From Phoronis australis (Eukaryota; Animalia; Phoronida): 64,000 nt of DNA. Within the stretch, counting starts at the first letter, position 1, and every line of letters begins with the position of its first letter. The notes below the pieces were generated by a model. The model made no database searches. It had not been told where the DNA came from and saw nothing but the letters and a program-made list of their open reading frames with translations. Below are positions 61,301 through 64,000 of this stretch, piece after piece. Location of the stretch: contig NMRA01000032.1 in NCBI GenBank assembly GCA_002633005.1, forward strand, positions 1,034,911 to 1,098,910, in the 5' to 3' direction. The translations under genes were made by a program, and so were the position numbers.

Positions 61301-63935
61301 CTGAGAACGCTCTACCTAACACAAATCCTGCTGGTGGCGATGCTATCAAGAACGAGACGCAACAGCTGCAAAAGAGCTTCGATCAGCTCAAGATGAAGCT
61401 AGCAAGGTCAAAGATTAACCTAGAGGAAGTGGTGTCTCATTGGTTGGACATGGATCGAAACTATGAACAGCTGAACCTGTGGCTAAAGGCAACAGAGGTC
61501 AAGCTGAGGTCAGACCCTGACCTGAAGACTGACCTGGCCGAGAAGAGGGCACACCTTGAGAAACAGAAGGTAAGTTTTAGATAGAATTTCCTTCCTTCAT
61601 AAGCTAATGTTATATTATTCATCTCCTCTGGCCCTGTTGTACTTGCCACTTATTGTAGACATGGTTTCTATTTTAACCAGTGATGTCTCTGGTTGTTGGC
61701 CTACTTAATTGGTAAAATATATCATGTTTATCCACAAAACGATGCCAAAACCAGCTGTCTGTTTTGGTATGTCTATACACATGCATGTTCGTGCATCCAG
61801 AGACTGGTTAATGATTATCTGTTGTACATGAGTTGAGTCATGCTGATGACATGCATATGTATATATTCTAGCAGTTTTGGTTGGGTTATTTGAAATGCTC
61901 TGCTCTGCAAGTTAACTATTTTGTAAATGAATGAGTTCTAACTACAAAGTAACGTAAGCCCAGGGAACATAGGCCGAAGGTAATGTAGGCCTAGGTGATA
62001 GCTTGATAACAAATATACAGTCATTTAACTGTGCCACACTACGTGTTATACTCCTGTTTCACACAGGGTCTATTACAAGACATTAAGAACCACGAGGAGG
62101 CGATACAAGCCCTGGAGCAGAAATTGACCCACCTGCAGGACCCCACGGCTAACATGGTCATCAATGGCATTATACAGAAATACAACTCTTTGACCACTAC
62201 GTCAGAGGTGGGTTGTAGCTTGTGGAGGACAACCAGCTGTATAGTTCATGTTGACTAAAGATAAATAATTGCAGATCATTTCATTCATGATTTGTTCACA
62301 TTTATTTACGTTTACAAACTAAAACAGTAGTTCGTTTGGGAAGGCTTGATGCTTCCAACATTTAAACTAAAATTCTTAATGTTTCTCATCTCACCACTTT
62401 TGGAAAAAATAAATAGCAAAATAGTCATTTTTCCTTTTTCAAACGCATCTATGTTTTGTTAGGAATTCCCACAATTTTTCAAAATACTGTCCGGTGGTAG
62501 GTAGCTATGGCACAAACCTTGAACATTTAATAACATAGCATTATTGCTACAGATCTTTCATAAAAAAAAATCAAAAAATAAAATTTCAATTGTCGGCCAT
62601 ATTGTATCCTAAATTAGTGAGATTATACATAATAAAGTTTTTAAGCTATTTTCTTGCCATGCAAATTCTGAAAAAGGCACAGAAATGGATCTTGATCTCA
62701 CTTCTGACCACGACTTTTGGCTTAAACCCAAGAAGGTTGAGAAGGCACTTTATGTTATGTTATAACTTGCCTATTGTGACCTCTAATTAAAGAAATAAAG
62801 ATTTACCAATCTATGGAAAAAAACGTGTGTAATTTAGTTTTGAGCCACTGCTGAAAACTGATAAGGCATCCTCATGAGACTATACGTTGAGTCTGAATGT
62901 AGTTATTTTCCTTACAGGAAATGGTGGGCGAGTTAAATACGTACGTGCTAGACCATGAGAAATACCGTGACTTCTACCATCATACCGTGTCCTGGTTGGC
63001 AGCCTCCCGTGAGATGCTGCAAGATCTCAACAACATGACAGGCGACAAGCCGCAGCTGGAGTCACGATTGCAGAAGGTGCAAGACTTCCGCTCCTATCTC
63101 AAGGACGGCGACGCCAAAATGGAGCTGGTGCAAACCCTGTCGGCTGACGTGGTCGCCAATACGGCGCCACGTGGTCGTAATCAGATACGGCAAGACGTGC
63201 AGGATTTGAAGGATGACTGGGAGGGGCTGAATACAGAAGTTGACCAGGTGGAGAATGAGATGGAGAATAGAGTCTTATTGGCTGATGAGCTGCAGGGGGT
63301 GGTAAGCAGCATGAAGGAATGGCTGGACAAGATGGAGGCTCAGATCAGGTCTGGGTCAGAGGTCAAAGTTGACTATGCTAGCGCACAACAGAGAGTAGTA
63401 GACTTGCAGGTCAGTTGTTATGATTTTGACTAATGATGATTTTTGTTTTTAGAACAAATATTTTAACTAAGCATTGTTTGATAAAGAAACCAACATGATC
63501 TCCTGAGACATACTTCATCAATACATCTTGTATCTGTGTGGGGGTTGCAAACAGTGTACTACTCATCACCCCAAATCAGCAAAGTTTGCTGCATTTTTAC
63601 TATAATTTTACTAATTAAGGAGGGTTTATTTTTTTGCATTTACCGGATTTGCTGTACTTCTTAATGATTATTTTAAAACTTGTTTAAATTCTAGTTTTTG
63701 TTCGATTTGACTGTTGTTAAAAGTTTTTCGAATATTTTTTGTGCTGAAAATGAATTTACCTTCTTACCATTTTTTTTTCTAGCTGCTTAAGCAAGAAATT
63801 GGTTCCCAGAAAGCTGTTTTGGACAGTCTGAATGAGACTGCCGAGGCTGTTCTGGAGTACAACAATGATGACAAGATCTCGGAGGAGGTCTTGGAGTTGT
63901 CTACAAGATACCATGCTCTGAGTGCAACAGCCAAG
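4297..63935 (+). CDS. SYNE1: Nesprin-1/Msp300-like giant CH-CH + spectrin-repeat protein, partial multi-exon gene (73 traced exons; 5' and 3' ends not in the model)
   Basis: Spliced N-terminus [121 protein letters not shown] is a CH1-CH2 actin-binding domain of nesprin type. More than 5,000 aa of spectrin repeats follow, with no plakin/SH3 domain noticed. All traced introns are GT-AG and phase-compatible. Confidence 0.92.
4825..4887 (+). CDS. SYNE1: Candidate alternative first coding exon
   Basis: attATGG Kozak context; MELQRRENKAKKCLIDIVALW; TGG|GTAACT phase-0 donor compatible with exon 6033. Confidence 0.35.
6033..6128 (+). CDS. SYNE1: Nesprin exon (CH1)
   Basis: [17 protein letters not shown]..ERL; 96 nt; AG/GT. 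Confidence 0.93.
6460..6679. repeat. 73-bp tandem repeat x3
   Basis: gcaaacataaatttg..aaatgataagtaa starting at 6461, 6534 and 6607. Confidence 0.95.
7237..7320 (+). CDS. SYNE1: Nesprin exon (CH1)
   Basis: PMEKGRNIKRLHFISNVSTALKLLESKK; 84 nt. Confidence 0.93.
7476..7568 (+). CDS. SYNE1: Nesprin exon (CH1 end)
   Basis: [31 protein letters not shown]; 93 nt. Confidence 0.94.
7786..7937 (+). CDS. SYNE1: Nesprin exon (CH1-CH2 linker, CH2 start)
   Basis: IEEQTQLL..GGAKKALLQWTQNTVA; 152 nt; phase 2 end. Confidence 0.92.
8468..8518 (+). CDS. SYNE1: Candidate 51-nt phase 2-2 cassette exon within CH2
   Basis: gactaat branch-like motif, catag| acceptor, stop-free SARIADDTSTHSVANK, G|GTAATT donor; phases match the flanking exons. 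Confidence 0.5.
9680..9788 (-). mobile_element. Palindromic ~110-bp MITE-like element, family A copy 1
   Basis: Long imperfect inverted arms; loop is the reverse complement of the loop in the 15646 copy. Confidence 0.7.
9964..10163 (+). CDS. SYNE1: Nesprin exon (CH2)
   Basis: [29 protein letters not shown]; 200 nt; phase 2/1. Confidence 0.94.
10743..10858 (+). CDS. SYNE1: Nesprin exon (CH2 end)
   Basis: [24 protein letters not shown]..PK; 116 nt. Confidence 0.93.
11594..11728 (+). CDS. SYNE1: Nesprin exon
   Basis: KAALTSLPSSQDVSYDLLTQWLDQA..EYQ; 135 nt; NAGNAG acceptor. Confidence 0.85.
12127..12435 (+). CDS. SYNE1: Nesprin exon (spectrin rod)
   Basis: KFATFRND..LDSSLPGRLGQVGDWLNQAE..EHA; 309 nt. 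Confidence 0.9.
12777..13058 (+). CDS. SYNE1: Nesprin exon
   Basis: AFFKDMEAMRQ..LLNDYM; 282 nt. Confidence 0.9.
13682..13778 (+). CDS. SYNE1: Nesprin exon
   Basis: DFVHKKKLFDQFNKTYQEVK..DAL; 97 nt; phase 1 end. Confidence 0.88.
13773..13919. repeat. 73-bp tandem duplication including a splice donor
   Basis: Two copies of cattgggtaagaacaaacc..ttgttgt with 2 mismatches. Confidence 0.93.
14308..14513 (+). CDS. SYNE1: Nesprin exon
   Basis: (D)SKEVDKVDKYLDDVTVRW..EKK; 206 nt. Confidence 0.9.
15174..15491 (+). CDS. SYNE1: Nesprin exon
   Basis: EFFKDIEKW..QLLD; 318 nt. Confidence 0.9.
15646..15756 (+). mobile_element. Palindromic ~110-bp MITE-like element, family A copy 2
   Basis: ~44-bp arms: ggcaatagtctgatataacgtgcccacattttgagaaccagttt / aaactggttctcaaaatgcgggcacgttacatcagaccattacc. 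Confidence 0.8.
16177..16500 (+). CDS. SYNE1: Nesprin exon
   Basis: AINNETDAIE..EIHK; 324 nt. Confidence 0.9.
16760..16903 (+). CDS. SYNE1: Nesprin exon
   Basis: KFFSETIYYKSILESK..NFQ; 144 nt. Confidence 0.88.
17642..17809 (+). CDS. SYNE1: Nesprin exon
   Basis: GCIGNAREWEQRL..ERHK; 168 nt. Confidence 0.88.
18254..18382 (+). CDS. SYNE1: Nesprin exon
   Basis: ECFELIDDRLIQDFLKAG..KWE; 129 nt. Confidence 0.86.
18769..18930 (+). CDS. SYNE1: Nesprin exon
   Basis: TIQQNAPIRLLKLEF..KRHI; 162 nt. Confidence 0.86.
19693..19913 (+). CDS. SYNE1: Nesprin exon
   Basis: EYFEESGFY..WNQYNT(R); 221 nt; phase 2 end. Confidence 0.88.
20394..20502 (+). CDS. SYNE1: Nesprin exon
   Basis: LKTFETWMDDVE..KFQ; 109 nt. 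Confidence 0.87.
21611..21931 (+). CDS. SYNE1: Nesprin exon
   Basis: KLQRNVEKHREDAKWL..QEQE; 321 nt. Confidence 0.9.
22311..22529 (+). CDS. SYNE1: Candidate alternative terminal (or cassette) exon of nesprin
   Basis: tttcag| phase 0; ELMNTLKTHQDTIESSITHGKAM..YSTIGPVML*; downstream ATTAAA/AATAAA; possible internal donor CCG|GTAATG after 22517. Confidence 0.6.
   Translation, partial: ELMNTLKTHQDTIESSITHGKAMSGTLPRKSSRNNSNSEMKNDDDDAMSSRRVYKLRRFWSDPYSTIGPVML
23393..23569 (+). CDS. SYNE1: Nesprin exon
   Basis: AIMCKLEDESSNVE..SLK; 177 nt; AAG acceptor. Confidence 0.85.
23832..23972 (+). CDS. SYNE1: Nesprin exon
   Basis: QTLQKWQDYDTG..AKQ; 141 nt. Confidence 0.87.
24224..24420 (+). CDS. SYNE1: Nesprin exon
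   Basis: ELLQQVESLQP..ESN(R); 197 nt; phase 2 end. Confidence 0.87.
24906..25026 (+). CDS. SYNE1: Nesprin exon
   Basis: WLEYLDSLAKVEDWL..RCM; 121 nt. Confidence 0.87.
25673..25999 (+). CDS. SYNE1: Nesprin exon
   Basis: AICSEVYDC..VKHK; 327 nt. Confidence 0.9.
26281..26592 (+). CDS. SYNE1: Nesprin exon
   Basis: EFLKEQAEN..TASK; 312 nt. Confidence 0.9.
26934..27254 (+). CDS. SYNE1: Nesprin exon
   Basis: ALLEEIQKQ..AKLQ; 321 nt. Confidence 0.9.
27764..28552 (+). CDS. SYNE1: Nesprin exon
   Basis: GVTEEVKDKQP..WEHLQ; 789 nt. Confidence 0.91.
29079..29252 (+). CDS. SYNE1: Nesprin exon
   Basis: SHLEEKDHTY..DELK; 174 nt. Confidence 0.87.
30645..30806 (+). CDS. SYNE1: Nesprin exon
   Basis: NASLDLSHNHG..DTMK; 162 nt. 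Confidence 0.87.
31450..31941 (+). CDS. SYNE1: Nesprin exon
   Basis: NLSEGQENLESQLVLW..HRAT; 492 nt. Confidence 0.9.
32181..32345 (+). CDS. SYNE1: Nesprin exon
   Basis: SMKEQLLTQG..AHK; 165 nt. Confidence 0.88.
33002..33157 (+). CDS. SYNE1: Nesprin exon
   Basis: VEENLQSAIE..CLDLTGDKYSVEAKLSTVQ; 156 nt. Confidence 0.88.
33454..33670. mobile_element. Foldback/MITE-like element with 19-bp perfect terminal inverted repeat
   Basis: atattccttaccatggtag ... ctaccatggtaaggaatat, plus inner arms ccattttcaaatttgca / tgcaaatttgaaaatgg. Confidence 0.72.
33763..33932 (+). CDS. SYNE1: Nesprin exon
   Basis: DLLAAVKEGQQK..EEA(R); 170 nt; phase 2 end. Confidence 0.87.
34329..34485 (+). CDS. SYNE1: Nesprin exon
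   Basis: DVLSKTSAQWQDY..TFK; 157 nt. Confidence 0.88.
34894..35046 (+). CDS. SYNE1: Nesprin exon
   Basis: DVLGDIKAH..SAK; 153 nt. Confidence 0.88.
35589..35753 (+). CDS. SYNE1: Nesprin exon
   Basis: ETSEKFEEGVADHLKY..AVK; 165 nt. Confidence 0.88.
36162..36488 (+). CDS. SYNE1: Nesprin exon
   Basis: DILSIKEVG..GERLYPTTSTEGRE..AYK; 327 nt. Confidence 0.9.
36859..36999 (+). CDS. SYNE1: Nesprin exon
   Basis: TILQDVVAHQ..MAK; 141 nt. Confidence 0.88.
37463..37627 (+). CDS. SYNE1: Nesprin exon
   Basis: DQYALCEQYVDQHQSY..RLE; 165 nt. Confidence 0.88.
38110..38433 (+). CDS. SYNE1: Nesprin exon
   Basis: DLSATKPEGE..SFK; 324 nt. Confidence 0.9.
38866..39012 (+). CDS. SYNE1: Nesprin exon
   Basis: VLQQDVQNKQ..SVK; 147 nt. 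Confidence 0.88.
39444..39605 (+). CDS. SYNE1: Nesprin exon
   Basis: DVIAKWQEYVAQHQ..RLQ; 162 nt. Confidence 0.88.
40020..40661 (+). CDS. SYNE1: Nesprin exon
   Basis: DLMSERDDG..GEKLYPNTSSDGRD..RVK; 642 nt. Confidence 0.91.
41078..41401 (+). CDS. SYNE1: Nesprin exon
   Basis: EIQVQSLKA..KLK; 324 nt. Confidence 0.9.
41795..41947 (+). CDS. SYNE1: Nesprin exon (copy A; duplicated at 42643-42795)
   Basis: ALKSEVVAYQG..AVK; 153 nt. Confidence 0.85.
42643..42795 (+). CDS. SYNE1: Second copy of exon 41795-41947 (probable assembly haplotype duplicate)
   Basis: Same peptide as 41795-41947; lies immediately after the N at 42630. Confidence 0.5.
43273..43764 (+). CDS. SYNE1: Nesprin exon (truncated duplicate at 42424-42629)
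   Basis: DAIDVWESYIVDHKQY..RQK; 492 nt. Confidence 0.9.
44234..44386 (+). CDS. SYNE1: Nesprin exon
   Basis: SVLQEILSQG..SLK; 153 nt. Confidence 0.88.
44885..45049 (+). CDS. SYNE1: Nesprin exon
   Basis: ELHQRSEASVQDHQQF..RIK; 165 nt. Confidence 0.88.
45461..45784 (+). CDS. SYNE1: Nesprin exon
   Basis: DLVQNKPEGD..RYK; 324 nt. Confidence 0.9.
45811..45862. repeat. Imperfect (ATTGT)n microsatellite
   Basis: attgtattgtattgtattattgtatcgtattgt.. Confidence 0.8.
47576..47682 (+). mobile_element. Palindromic ~110-bp MITE-like element, family A copy 3
   Basis: aatagtcggatataatgtgcc..ttttgagaaccagttt / aaactggttctcaaaa..ggcatattatatccgaccatt. Confidence 0.78.
47835..47987 (+). CDS. SYNE1: Nesprin exon
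   Basis: ELLRSIRDEE..TVK; 153 nt. Confidence 0.88.
48467..48631 (+). CDS. SYNE1: Nesprin exon
   Basis: EILKKCEQNVADH..KLQ; 165 nt. Confidence 0.88.
48920..49133. repeat. 43-bp minisatellite x5
   Basis: atgtattggctcttgtaa(c/t)acat(a/g)caatatgaatactagtatt; period 43. Confidence 0.96.
49156..49482 (+). CDS. SYNE1: Nesprin exon
   Basis: ELLQDRETG..GEKLYPNTTSEGRE..SHK; 327 nt. Confidence 0.9.
49810..49962 (+). CDS. SYNE1: Nesprin exon
   Basis: NTLQDVLSYQ..QAK; 153 nt. Confidence 0.88.
50586..50750 (+). CDS. SYNE1: Nesprin exon
   Basis: DNVSRYEGFVKDHQLY..RLQ; 165 nt. Confidence 0.88.
51839..52003 (+). CDS. SYNE1: Nesprin exon
   Basis: EFQSSRREGQP..LSK; 165 nt. Confidence 0.87.
52401..52559 (+). 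CDS. SYNE1: Nesprin exon
   Basis: TRDQLESCVSQW..SLE; 159 nt. Confidence 0.88.
52949..53095 (+). CDS. SYNE1: Nesprin exon
   Basis: ALQEEISSY..QVK; 147 nt. Confidence 0.87.
53631..54122 (+). CDS. SYNE1: Nesprin exon
   Basis: ELVRRWHQFVIDHDNY..KVK; 492 nt. Confidence 0.9.
54436..54588 (+). CDS. SYNE1: Nesprin exon
   Basis: SLQSAVLRNK..SSK; 153 nt. Confidence 0.87.
55024..55188 (+). CDS. SYNE1: Nesprin exon
   Basis: DVVEKCEKEVKEHVAY..KIQ; 165 nt. Confidence 0.88.
55627..55807 (+). CDS. SYNE1: Nesprin exon
   Basis: ECVNQKEEG..RLSL; 181 nt; phase 1 end. Confidence 0.87.
56587..56885 (+). CDS. SYNE1: Nesprin exon
   Basis: (E)QAHDLWSVY..NSK; 299 nt. Confidence 0.89.
57502..57666 (+). CDS. SYNE1: Nesprin exon
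   Basis: EMLAKLEQSVKEHEDY..KMQ; 165 nt. Confidence 0.88.
58050..58373 (+). CDS. SYNE1: Nesprin exon
   Basis: EFEKLKEVG..RLK; 324 nt. Confidence 0.9.
58626..59270 (+). CDS. SYNE1: Nesprin exon
   Basis: GLHQDILAY..EYQ; 645 nt = one whole two-spectrin unit. Confidence 0.91.
59600..59752 (+). CDS. SYNE1: Nesprin exon
   Basis: LHLDDLLCQQ..ASK; 153 nt. Confidence 0.87.
60620..60689. repeat. 34-bp tandem duplication including a splice acceptor
   Basis: atactaagtttt(g/c)tacattatgattggataggaa x2. Confidence 0.92.
60685..60849 (+). CDS. SYNE1: Nesprin exon
   Basis: EIVKKLETYYSDHQSF..LCR; 165 nt. Confidence 0.87.
61243..61569 (+). CDS. SYNE1: Nesprin exon
   Basis: EFQKTIDQG..KQK; 327 nt. Confidence 0.9.
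62067..62207 (+). CDS. SYNE1: Nesprin exon
   Basis: GLLQDIKNHE..TSE; 141 nt. Confidence 0.88.
62918..63409 (+). CDS. SYNE1: Nesprin exon
   Basis: EMVGELNTYVLDHEKY..DLQ; 492 nt. Confidence 0.9.
63783..63935 (+). CDS. SYNE1: Nesprin exon (last in window; gene continues)
   Basis: LLKQEIGSQK..TAK; 153 nt; donor gtgaga. Confidence 0.88.
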
Positions 63936-64000
63936 GTGAGACAGTAATTGTGCTAGATGTGGGGGACTGTACTGCTGTAAGAGTACGTAACTATGTTCTT

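Noticed and set aside
12230-61649. Numerous 60-125-aa minus-strand ORFs overlapping exons
   Set aside because: Antisense shadows of coding exons or chance intronic ORFs; no coherent minus-strand splice chain found
4297-63935. Alternative identities: dystrophin/utrophin, dystonin/MACF1/shot, spectrin
   Set aside because: The rod is far longer than dystrophin or beta-spectrin, no plakin domain follows CH2, and the CH1 end ([21 protein letters not shown]) fits nesprin

Overview
Eukaryotic (animal) genomic DNA with AT-rich GT-AG introns. Almost the whole window is the 5' portion of one giant + strand gene of the nesprin-1/SYNE1/Msp300 family. It has tandem calponin-homology (CH1-CH2) actin-binding domains followed by a long spectrin-repeat rod. 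I traced 73 phase-compatible coding exons from 4297 to 63935 (about 16.7 kb of CDS, about 5,570 codons). The start exon was not found, and the gene continues beyond the window (no KASH domain seen). The organism is probably a non-vertebrate bilaterian (inference). Beyond the main exon chain there are four candidate alternative exons: an alternative first exon (4825), a 51-nt cassette exon inside CH2 with upstream (T)GCATG motifs (8468), an alternative terminal exon that would give a short KASH-less isoform (22311), and a further candidate at 46402. Other notable structure: a 215-aa two-spectrin unit with a higher-order four-spectrin alternation and apparent intron gain/loss, four local duplications of splice junctions, a three-copy palindromic MITE family, minisatellites, and an 847-bp probable haplotype-overlap assembly artefact around the single N at 42630. 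No prokaryotic-type systems, CRISPR arrays or rRNA/tRNA genes were seen.
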